This document shows, one piece after another, positions 12,990 to 22,878 of a DNA stretch of 64,000 nucleotides; within the stretch, counting starts at the first letter, position 1; every line of letters begins with the position of its first letter. Under the pieces are notes generated by a model. It saw only the letters and a list, made by a program, of their open reading frames with translations. It ran no database searches and was not told where the DNA came from. The DNA is from Gekko japonicus (lineage: Eukaryota). The stretch spans positions 119,649 through 183,648 of the forward strand of contig NW_015174295.1 in the NCBI RefSeq assembly GCF_001447785.1, written 5' to 3'. Made by a program: the position numbers and the translations under genes.

Positions 12990-13039
12990 CTGAGCACGCG
13001 ATTAGGCCGCCGCGGGTCCGCCACGTTGTTGCCGGACAT
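12990..13039 (-). CDS. WDR83OS: WDR83OS (Asterix/PAT10) coding exon 1
   Basis: ATG at 13039 gives MSGNNVADPRRPNRVL(R), matching the N-terminus of human WDR83OS (MSTNNMSDPRRPNKVLR); 50 nt followed by donor GTCAGC. Confidence 0.95.
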
Positions 13040-13710
13040 CGCGACCTGTCCCCAGCCGACTCCAGGTAGCCTCTCCGACTTCCGCTTCCTTTCAGCGCGA
13101 TGGGCGTAGATGGGGGGCAACAAATGCAGTAACACCGCCGTGCTCGAGATCTTTGGTTCCGGAAAGAGGGCGGCGAACTCTGACCGACGGACGCTCAGGT
13201 GGGTCCTGTTCAAGGCTCCCTCTAAACTGTTGAATCCTGTGAGCAAAACTTCTACTTGGTGAGCTCCTGGCATTAAAATTGTGAGCGAGCCATTTGGCTG
13301 CTGCATGAATCAGTTTGCTCTGGAGCCCTCCTTCCTGAGCTGAGACAAAAATCTGAGCCCGAGGCTAAAAAACTGTGAGCCAGCTCACACTAACTCAGCT
13401 TAGAGGGAACACTGGCTCCTGTTTTATTTCGCGTCCTCCTCCGTACTGATTCAGGTAACTTCGCGGAACTCTCTTTTCTTGGGGAATATCAGCCTTTGCT
13501 CTACTGGAAGGCGAAGGGGTTGGGGAGAAGAGACCCGCGGAGGAGAACAAGCGGAACTAAAGCCGCCGCGCCCGGTAGCTACGCGCTCCGGGGAGCCAAT
13601 ATGAGGACGGACTTTGTGCTTTTCTTGTCCATTTTCGTCCTTGTTGTTTTGATCCGGCTTGCAGTAGGCATTAAAGGGTTAAGAAACCTATAGGGAGAGG
13701 TTTTAGGTAA
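13040..13710. promoter_or_regulatory. Bidirectional CpG-rich promoter region of WDR83OS/WDR83
   Basis: CpG-dense sequence between the divergent genes; ETS-like ACTTCCG near 13078 and CCGGAAA near 13160; candidate non-coding WDR83 first-exon donor AG|GTAAGG at 13707/13708 and candidate acceptor near 14974. Confidence 0.65.
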
Positions 13711-13777
13711 GGTTCGCAATCCCTGTTAAATGGGACTTGGGTCTGTTGGGAAATCTCTGTAAAAAGGCAATGGGGGC

Positions 13778-13996
13778 TAGGGTTGCCAGCCTCCAGGTGG
13801 GGCCTGGGGATCTCCCGCTTTTACCACTGATCTCCAGCTGACGGAGATCAGCTCCCCTGGAGAAAATGGCTGCTTTGAAGGGGAGACTCTATGGCACTGT
13901 ACCAGGCTGAGGCCCCTCCCCTCCCCAAACCCCGCCCTCTCCTGGCTCCACCCCCAAAGTCTCCAGGTATTTTCCAAACCAGATTTGGCAACCCTA
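13778..13996. mobile_element. hAT MITE, TIR TAGGGTTGCCA
   Basis: TAGGGTTGCCA...TGGCAACCCTA with 8-bp TSD ATGGGGGC. Confidence 0.85.
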
Positions 13997-15146
13997 ATGG
14001 GGGCCCCGGTCACACGGGAGGATTTGCCCCGCCTAACGGACGGGTTGAGGGCGCATCAAACGGGTGCGATCATACGGCAACATCTGGGAAGCGTAGCGCA
14101 CCCGTCACCAACCCGTACCATCGGCCCGAAGAAGCGGATTTAAAAAGTAACAGCAAAAGGGTAGTGGCAACCGGAAAACGCAGGTCGCAGGCAATGCTCC
14201 CTCTAAGCTGTGGAGTCTGGTGAGCAAAAATTCTACTTTGTGAGCTGCCAGCATTAAAGCTGTGAGCGAGCGATTTGCCCACTGTCTAAATTAGTCTGCT
14301 CTGGAGCCATCCCTTCCTGGGCTAAGACAAAAATGTGAGAGCCAGAGGCTAAAAAACTGTGAGCTAGCTCACACTAACTCAGCTGAGAGGGAACACTGGT
14401 TGCAGGCAAGCGTAGGATCGCGGCAGCACGCACATGTGTCCCGTAGCATGTCTGATTGCACCATGCCGGTTCTTCCTGGCCTTTGATGCGCTTCAACATC
14501 GCCATGTGATCACTGGCTATCGCCATATGAGCGGCACCTTGGGGAACCGTATGATCGCGTTACCGCACATCTTTTGGATCCGGCGTTAAAATGCCTCCCT
14601 TCCACTGTGGATTTTCCCGCTCCTGTGACCAGGGCCAGAGTTGGCCTCAACTGGCTGTAGATTGAGAGACCTTAAGAAAATTGGGGGGGGGGGGGGTTTA
14701 GGGGTTTTTCGAAAATATACAAAGTCCTAGATATGTACAAGTGGTTTATGCTACAAAAATGTTGTTAACTAGTTTGGAGCGGAACGGTGGAAAGAGGATC
14801 TAGTCGACTGACCAGATATTAAGGCAACATAAAGTAATCTAGAGTGGGCACTCCTTTGCCGATTTTGCTTTCTAGTGATGCACTGTCTCTAGTTCTAATT
14901 ACCATTGTAAGGGAAATTGTAGCTTTGTTGGGTTTAGAGCAGAGGATTTATTTCTGTCCCTGTGTTATTTCTAGCCCTGTGGTGTTCCAAGATGAAAAAA
15001 CTACCAGAAGCAAAACATTCCTAAGCCTTCAATCCAGTCTGGGATATTCCTGGTGCATGAAACTTTGCAGTGGACGTTGCTGTGTCATCAAATGTATGGG
15101 AGCATCACTCACAGCATATGTGTGAAGCAAGTTGCTTTTCTTCATC

Positions 15147-15249
15147 ATGGCTTTTCCAGAGCCAAAACTAAAGAAACCTGAGCTGCCTACAAAACTGCTG
15201 GGCACATTGCAATGTAAACAGGGAGCTGTCAGAGCTGTAAGGTTCAATG
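15147..15249 (+). CDS. WDR83: WDR83 (MORG1) coding exon 1
   Basis: ATG at 15147; MAFPEPKLKKPELPTKLLGTLQCKQGAVRAVRFN; donor GTGAGT; matches the human N-terminus MAFPEPKP...QGAVRAVRFN. Confidence 0.96.
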
Positions 15250-16145
15250 GTGAGTGCATCCTCAATCCTGCACAGTGGACATTGGTACATAATTATTAGG
15301 GCTAAAGACGCTGGGAAAGAGAGCCCTTGTTTTATGATCTACAAGGAAACTGGGATCTATTGTGTGACATGGCCCCAGGTTTTTTTTTTAGTGATTTGTT
15401 AGATCAAGGCCCCGGTCACCCGGGCCGGATATCACGGGGGGGAGGGGTGGCTAATTGCCCCGGCGCAGTTTGATCCGCGATTACGTGCTCAGACGCACCA
15501 GCGGCACACCACGGGGCCTTCCCTCGGCGCCGGCGGGTAAACAAGGGACCGGAGGGGAATGCCATGCACCGGCGCGATCATACCACGGGCATCTGGAGGC
15601 AGCCTGTGGCAGACATTTACTAGTACCTTGGAGGTACTAGTTTTTTAATGCGCATCTTCGGCGGGAAGCCATGGGAGCACTACGCTTCCCAGATGTTGCG
15701 GTGTGATCTCGCCCGGAAAATCCGCCTATCATCCGTCTCTTTAGCGCGGCAAATGCTCCGTGTGAATGGGGCCCAAGAAAGTTATTGCAGTGGGTGTGGG
15801 GAGGTGCTGAGAATTTTTTTTTTGACTGCATGTGAATGGTGCAGTCAGTGTAACTCAAATGGATAATGTCACAGGCTGGAACATGACTTGTGGTGTTCTT
15901 AGTAATAACAGCCGTGGAAGCACTGCTTGTTGGGAGATATAGGCCTGGTAGCACAGAAATCAGGAAGTAGAAAGGAGGAGGTTTGACCTGGGCCTAGTTT
16001 ATTTTACTAAGTGATGCTGCATTTGTTTTGTTTTGCTTGTTTAACTTAAACAATAAATCTGGTTTTGAACTTAAATTGTACTCAGTAGCTCGATACAACT
16101 GTAGTGTGGTGATTCTTAGCCTTTCTTCTTCTCTTTTTCCCCAAG

Positions 16146-16266
16146 TGGACGGGAATTACTGTCTCACTTGTGGCAGTGACAAGTCACTCAAGCTCTGGAA
16201 CCCCCACAAAGAGACTCTCCTCAAGACATACAGTGGCCATGGCTATGAGGTCCTGGATGCAGCAGG
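16146..16266 (+). CDS. WDR83: WDR83 coding exon 2
   Basis: (V)DGNYCLTCGSDKSLKLWNPHKETLLKTYSGHGYEVLDAAG; AG/GTAAG boundaries. Confidence 0.97.
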
Positions 16267-16557
16267 GTAAGCGCTGGGGGAGAGGAAGACACATTTGTTA
16301 GAACTGTTCTCTTCCCTCTGTGGGCCCCTCTGTATACACATTCAAATCTATTTTTCCTACTTTTGTGACTTTAAAAAATGGAATCTAAGTGTCTCTGTCA
16401 GAATTCTGCACCCACTGCTGAATTCTGGGCTCTCTCAGTTCAATGGAGAGAGCCCTCGGAATTGACATCCCTTGAATTAGAGTAGGAGATGTGGAAGCCC
16501 AAGCAATGGCATTTCTGTAGCTGCCGTTATACCTCATCTGTTTCTTTTCTCCCATAG

Positions 16558-16663
16558 GTCATTTGACAACAGCCAGCTTTGCTCATGCGGATCAGACAAG
16601 ACGGTTGTGCTATGGGATGTGGCAACGGGACAGGTGATTCGCAAGTTCCGTGGCCATGCAGGG
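16558..16663 (+). CDS. WDR83: WDR83 coding exon 3
   Basis: SFDNSQLCSCGSDKTVVLWDVATGQVIRKFRGHAG; CATAG/GTAAG boundaries. Confidence 0.97.
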
Positions 16664-16846
16664 GTAAGATATGTTCTGTCCTTTTTGGGTTTCAGGGAAA
16701 TGTCTCCACTCTTATTCTTAATAAAGTGAATTCCTTTGGACTTTCAATGAGGGTTAATAGCTCTGTACTCTGTCTTGCTAGAGCGGGCTGTGTTAGTGAC
16801 TTAGAGAGTTTTAAGGACAACTTAAACCGTTTGTGGGATTGCCAGG

Positions 16847-17346
16847 TGTCACGACTCAGGTGGGGTGTCACCTGACGCTGCCACCACTCTGGATTTAGGT
16901 TCCCTTGAGAAGGCCCAGAGCACCCTCCCAAGACCTTCAGACCTCCCTTTTGGCCGAATAACAGGTGCGAGGACCAGGCAGAGTACAACAAGGAAAAGGT
17001 TTATTTTATAGGAGGTCAAACAACAAGGTGCAGAATAATAACAGTAAGTGGGTGAAAAGAAATCAAATGCCCTAACGTGTCTAAATATATAGTGTCCCTA
17101 GCTCACTATCTCAAGTGGCCTTACACTACTCACTCTTCCCTCAGGATGAGGGTCTCTCCCCTGTAGCAGCCTTCCTTCTGCTCTGCCACCAGCCCTTTTG
17201 TTCCCCAGCCCTCTTCTTCCCTATTGGTCAATTTTGGCTCCAAAACCTCTCGAGAACTTCTGGGAGTTTTAGGCCCAGCCTCACCTACTGCTAGCCAGGC
17301 TCCCCGGGCCTAGTAGGCCTCTGGTGGCACAGCCCAGATCATGACA
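16847..17346. mobile_element. Solo LTR in WDR83 intron
   Basis: TGTCACGA...TCATGACA termini with 5-bp TSD CCAGG. Confidence 0.8.
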
Positions 17347-17522
17347 CCAGGCTACTTAAACTGAGAGACTCGGACAGTGAAACTGAGCACACAGGTGCAG
17401 AGAGCGGGGGCTATCTGTGACCATCTCCCCCGCACAAAAAAGATACCAGTTGCTTTGCTAGTTAAGGGTGAATTTAAATAAAAGTTACACGGTGTTGTCT
17501 ACAAGAGTACTTTGTGTGTTAG

Positions 17523-17904
17523 CAGGGCTATTTTTGGGCAGGAACGCACAGGAACGGAGTTCCAGCTGGCTTCAGAGTTGGCCACGCCCACTACAGCCAA
17601 AACCTCTGTGCATGTGTGGCTACAGAGTGAAGGCCTGGAGAGCGAGACACACACCCCCGGTGACTCTGAGGCGGGCGGGCCAGGGGGGCCCTGGAAGAAT
17701 CAGGGAGGCATTTAAATGTCTCCCCGTGCCTTTCCTAGCCTTTCCAAGGGCCGGCTTGCCCGGGTTCCCCGCAGCCATGGGACGCCCGGGCAAGCCAAGG
17801 GGAGGCATGGGGTGTGGCCTGATATGCTAATGAGTTTCTGCTGTTGGGTGTGGCCTGTTATGCTAATGAGTTCCTGCTGGGCTTTTTCTACGAAAAAAGC
17901 CCTG
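17523..17904. mobile_element. hAT MITE, TIR CAGGGCT(A/T)TTTT (family B); relatives at 20396-20756 and 35953-36326
   Basis: TIRs with 8-bp TSDs TGTGTTAG here and GTTATATA at 35945/36327. Confidence 0.85.
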
Positions 17905-18130
17905 TGTGTTAGTATTGTGGGATGGGAGTAATGCTGGAGGCTAGAGCTCTGTGAAAATAATACAAGTATGCAGGGGTTGAAGTGATCAGTGAGATGGAGA
18001 GTAAGAGATAAGTTTTACAAAAGGTCATCCTCAACAGCACACTTGAGTCTGATTCCCAGGATGAGGACGTTTCTATGTAGCCTCTGGGAAAGCACTTGTC
18101 CCTAATCTCTTCCTCTCTGTTATCGGGCAG

Positions 18131-18179
18131 AAGGTAAACTGTGTCCAGTTCAGTGAAGAGGCGACTGTGATCTTGTCAG
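18131..18179 (+). CDS. WDR83: WDR83 coding exon 4
   Basis: KVNCVQFSEEATVILS(G); GCAG/GTAAGG boundaries. Confidence 0.96.
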
Positions 18180-18277
18180 GTAAGGACTGCTTCTTTTCTT
18201 GCCAGTCGTTTCCAGATAATTGGTTTTCTTGTTTTGCTTAGTTGGGGTTTTTTGCTTGCTTGTTTGCTGTCCGGCAG

Positions 18278-18404
18278 GATCGATTGACTCCAGTGTCCGC
18301 TGCTGGGACTGTCGTTCACGCAGACCAGATTCCATCCAGATACTTGATGAGGCCAAAGATGGCATCTCCAGTCTGAAAGTGTCAGATCATGAAATCCTTA
18401 CAGG
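18278..18404 (+). CDS. WDR83: WDR83 coding exon 5 (donor non-canonical, GG|ATAAAG)
   Basis: SIDSSVRCWDCRSRRPDSIQILDEAKDGISSLKVSDHEILTG; the phase of the next exon requires an end at 18404, where the intron begins AT rather than GT. Confidence 0.9.
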
Positions 18405-19153
18405 ATAAAGAGAGGTAAGGTGGAAGAGGTATCTGGAGCTGGAGAAGACAAACTCCGTGCTCTGCTGAGCTCAAGCCAAACTCTCATGGAGCCTATCAAG
18501 CACTCCCAACCTTTTTGGCTCATCTGTAGTGGGCTATGAGAATGACCCATATGACCACTATTGGAATACAGCGTTCAAAACATTATCTTTTAAATCCTGT
18601 AGCGTGTACAGATTTGAGAATTTTGGCTTATTTTTTATGCAGGCGAGTTTCTATTAAATGCTTAGGAATCAGAGGATACAAGTGTTATAGCGTTAAAGGT
18701 AAATAGGAACTGCGGTGGCTCAAGTGGTTAAGACGCTGAACTGCAGACTGTGGAAGGTCGGTAGTTCAGCAGTTCGAGACCCAGGGGTATGACGGAGTGA
18801 GCTCCCGTCTCTAGTTCCAGCCCCTGCCAACCTAGCAGTTCGAAAGCAAGACATTGCAAGTAGATAAATAGGTACCACTTCGGTGCGAAGGTAACAGCGC
18901 TCCGTGCGCCTTGGTGTTTAGTCATGCCGGCCACATGACCACGGAAACGTCTTTGGGCAGCGCTGGCTCTTCGGCTTTGAAACGGAGATGAGCACCACAA
19001 CCCCAGAGTCAGATTCGACTGGCTTTCGAGCAAGGGAACCTTTACCTTTTTTCCCATCTCAACATTTAGGATTTGTAATTTTAGAATCAGAGGGCTTACA
19101 GTACAGAATTTACTACCCTGGTTGGTTAGCAATGACTTTCTCTCCTTTCTCAG

Positions 19154-19221
19154 TTCTGTAGATGGGCGTGTCCGACGTTATGACCTACGCGCTGGAGAGC
19201 TGTGCTCAGACTATGTTGGAA
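19154..19221 (+). CDS. WDR83: WDR83 coding exon 6
   Basis: SVDGRVRRYDLRAGELCSDYVG(S); CTCAG/GTGAGT boundaries. Confidence 0.96.
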
Positions 19222-19912
19222 GTGAGTGTGCCAGACTTTGTCTGCAAATCGGGTACCTCTTATGAGCCGTCTCTGACTCTCCATTTTGTAGAATTGACAC
19301 TGGCCATTTCTGTTCAATAGACTTGGTGCAGATCCAGCTTGAAGGGTTGCTGTGAAGCCACATCTTTCATCCTCAGTCACATGTCTTTCCAGGGGTCATT
19401 TCAAAGAAAAAGAGGTGCAGGAGCTCATTAGCATAACTCATTGGCATATGCCACACCCCCTGACATCACCGGAAGTGTGTCACAAAGGCACCACTGGACT
19501 GTTTTGGCTTACTAGCTATTGGGGAGGGGGGGAACGTGCAGATCTGTCCTCGCAGAGGGAGAGCTTGTACCTGAATAAAACTTGGCCTTAAAGGTGCCAC
19601 TGGACTGTTTTGGACCAGGGGGGCTCTGCAACTTTCCTGGCTGCTTCTTGCTCTGACTGAGGGCTGCTGGGAGCAGGGGGTGGGGCTTCTTGCATGTGCC
19701 CACCCCCTGGGCTCTTTACTGCCGGAGCTCCGCTCCTGTGCGCTCCTGCAGGAAATGACCCCTGTAGTCTTTCATCGACTCCAGACAGTGGCAGGGCAGA
19801 ATGCAGCGGACTTGGTCCCTGCAAGTTGCTATCCCTGTCTGTCTTCCTTTGGAATTGTTAGCATTGGGCAAAATGCCATCAGTCCTAGGAGCACTCGTCC
19901 TCTTGCTCCTCC

Positions 19913-19914
<2 letters not shown>

Positions 19915-19943
<29 letters not shown>
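19915..19943 (+). repeat. (CA)n microsatellite
   Basis: Direct reading. Confidence 0.95.
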
Positions 19944-19947
<4 letters not shown>

Positions 19948-19985
19948 AAATGATGGAATCCAGCACTGCTATCTTATTACTACAG

Positions 19986-20094
19986 GTCCCATCACGTGCG
20001 TTTGTTTCAGCAAAGATGGACAATGTATGCTGGCTGCTAGTTTGGACTCCACGCTACACTTGTTGGACAAGGACACAGGCGAGATGCTGGGAGA
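19986..20094 (+). CDS. WDR83: WDR83 coding exon 7
   Basis: PITCVCFSKDGQCMLAASLDSTLHLLDKDTGEMLG(E); TACAG/GTGAGT boundaries. Confidence 0.96.
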
Positions 20095-20773
20095 GTGAGT
20101 AATAAATGCAGCAACCCCGTCATTGTGAGGGCAGGATAGAAGGATCATATTAATCCAGTGCTGAAAGATCTGCACTGCTCGCCCATTTAACTCTTCTAAG
20201 CCGCCTCTGGCAGGTTCCTGAAGAGGTGGCATGAAATTTTTCTAAACAAACCAATAAAAATATTGTGACTCCGGTCTAATGTTGTTCCCCGTGTATCTTG
20301 ACTCAAGGGAACCGCGGTTGTACCAGATGGGCTGCCGGGGAGGGCCTGGCCTGTATGGGAGAAATGTTCTCATTCTTATCTGAATCCCCCCCCCCCAGGG
20401 CTCTTTTTGTAGAAAAAGCCCAGCAGGAACTCATTAGCATAATAGGCCATACCCATGACAGCACAGCTCATTCGCATATTAGGCCACACCCCCGTATTAC
20501 CAGAAGTGTGGTCATCCAGCCACACCCACCTTTTGCTTCTTATTCTGTTTACCTTGTTTGTTGTCAAAACCCAGGGCCTTTTTTTGGAGCAGGAACTCCT
20601 TCGCATGTTAGGCCACACACCCCTGATGTAGCCAATCCTAATGAGTTCCTGCTGTTGGGTGTGGCCTATTATGCTAATGAGTTCCTGCTGGGCGTGGCCA
20701 ACTTGGGAGCCAGCCGGAACTCCGTTCCTGTGCGTTCCTGCCCAAAAATAGCCCTGCCCCCCCATATCTCTAG

Positions 20774-20888
20774 ATACACAGGCCACAAGAACGTCACCTA
20801 CAAGATGGACTGCTGCCTGAGTGAGAGAGACACGCATATTGGAAGCTGCTCTGAGGATGGCAAAGTGTATTTCTGGGACCTGGTTGAG
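20774..20888 (+). CDS. WDR83: WDR83 coding exon 8
   Basis: YTGHKNVTYKMDCCLSERDTHIGSCSEDGKVYFWDLVE; CTCTAG/GTGAGC boundaries. Confidence 0.96.
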
Positions 20889-22490
20889 GTGAGCATAATT
20901 GCCCAGGGACAGCGTGGGCATTCGTCAAAGGCACCCTTGTGGTTCCTCTTTGCCTCATGCCAGCAGACCTAGACTTATAATTGTGTGCTATGGAATCTAT
21001 AGAGAATGAATTCCCCTCAGGTGGACCGGGTGCTGTTTAACCCTGGAGAAAGAAACGGACACTCTCTTCCCCCCCCCCCTCCACTACTCATTAGTCACGG
21101 CCTGTGGGAAATGACACATTTCTACTCTTTCTACTGTTTGAGGGAAGGAATAGTGGGTGGTTTGTCTGACCTTAGCTGTCTTGGGCAGGGGTCGTTTCGT
21201 AGAAAAAGAGCTAGGGGAACTCATTAGCATATGCCACACCCCCTGACATCACCGGAAGTGTGTCATAAGGCCACACCCCCTGACATCACCGGAAGTGTGT
21301 CATAAGGCCACGCACCCCGCCCCCAACGGTCCCAGCCGCCGCCACCGGCCTTCCAGCTCCATTGCCAAGCCCCATGAGGGGCCCGGCGGTGGACCTGCAA
21401 GGCCGGCGGGAGTGCAAGGAAGCCCCGCAAAGGCCCTCCCTGGGCCCAGGCAGGCAGGGGTGGGGAGAGGCAGGGAGGAAGCAACTTACCCTCCCTCTTC
21501 TCCTGCCTCCTCCTGGCTGAATGAGGGCCGGAAATGGGGTGGCCGGAAGCAGGGGGCGGGGCTTCGTCATGTGCCCCGCCCCCCGCACCTCACCCGGGGG
21601 AACTGCGATCCCCCCCCAAATTTCCTCTGGTCTTGGGAGAGCTGCTAACAACAGAAGCAGGCTGGCAGCAGAGTTGGTGCAGAATGTTTTTAATCCTAGG
21701 AGTTGCCTGTCATCCACCTGTCGGGTTACAAAGCACTGCATTGTGGGTAAAGCCTTGCCAAAGGCACAGTTCTGATCGATGCAGGGCAAATGACATTTCT
21801 GTCTCCAGTGAGGCTCATGCACAAGCGTGCATCTCTTCTGTTGCTAGACATTTCTTTCCTTGTCCTTTGAATGTGTCAAACTTGGATGCTCCTTCCCAAA
21901 CTTGCTTGTTCAGCAGTAACAATGACTCTGCTTGCCTCTCCATCCTGTAAAATTATAGAGGAAAGAGAGAGGTGATAGTGTTGTGTGTCCTGGGTCCACT
22001 TTTGCCATGTTGAGCCAGCTTGGTGTCGTGGTGAAGTGCGCGGACTCTAATCTGGGAGAACCGGGTTTGATTCCCCACTTGCACCTGGCTGGATGACCTT
22101 GGGCAAGCCATAGTTCTGACAAGAGCTGTCCTTGAAAAAGAGCAGTTCCTGTCAGAGCTCTCTCAGCCTCACCGACCTCACAGGGTGTCTCTTGTGGGGA
22201 GGGGAAGGGAAAGGAGTTTGTAAGCCGCTCTGAGACACCTTTCGGTAGTGAAGGGCAGGGTATAAATCCAATCTCCTCTTCTTCTTGCAGCATTAACGGG
22301 TGGTGACCTCTTCTAGCTTGTAAGCAATGGCAACCACAGTGTAGATGGGACTCTCGATTTGAGTCTCCGGGAGAAAGGTGGACTATGCATGAGGTCAATG
22401 CTCCAGGGCTGGTGGCAGAGGGACCGGGGCGTGTACATCCTCCAGAGTTCTTGTCTTCCTAATGTCTGCAACTTTTCTTCCTCATCGTAG

Positions 22491-22655
22491 GGATCCCTGG
22501 CTACGAGCTTACCTGTGAGTAACAGTGCTGTCCAGTCTCTCTCCTTCCACCCAACTGAGGCGTGCTTGCTCACTGCGGCAGAGGGCCTCGTGCAGCTTTG
22601 GAGGGAGGAGTCGTACACGGCAGGGGAGGCAGAGGAGGAAGGCCCGCCTGCTTGA
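22491..22655 (+). CDS. WDR83: WDR83 terminal coding exon 9
   Basis: GSLATSLPVSNSAVQSLSFHPTEACLLTAAEGLVQLWREESYTAGEAEEEGPPA*; CGTAG acceptor; TGA at 22653-22655. Confidence 0.95.
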   Translation, partial: GSLATSLPVSNSAVQSLSFHPTEACLLTAAEGLVQLWREESYTAGEAEEEGPPA

Positions 22656-22872
22656 TCTTCACCGCGGGATCGACGGAACAGAGAACTCCAGGTGCAGGGA
22701 TTTGAGAGGCTCTAACGTACCTTTCATGCCAAGCATCACATTGTGCTCACTCAGGCCCGTAGCTGACAACTTCTTGCTCGGGGGGGGGATGTGTTCCCTG
22801 GCGGGGGGGCTGCCATTATATGTCTGTGCGGTACTGCCACGCCGTGCCCATACTTTTAAATAATAACTAAAT

Positions 22873-22878
22873 AATAAA
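22873..22878 (+). terminator. Candidate polyadenylation signal of WDR83
   Basis: AATAAA about 220 nt after the stop codon, followed by T/GT-rich sequence. Confidence 0.7.

Noticed and set aside
18405-19153. U12-type AT-AC intron explanation for the WDR83 donor
   Set aside because: The 5' end ATAAAGAG lacks the ATATCCTT consensus and the intron ends in AG.
20298-20972. 224-aa ORF as an extended WDR83 exon
   Set aside because: The upstream part is MITE sequence in frame by chance; only 20774-20888 matches WDR83.
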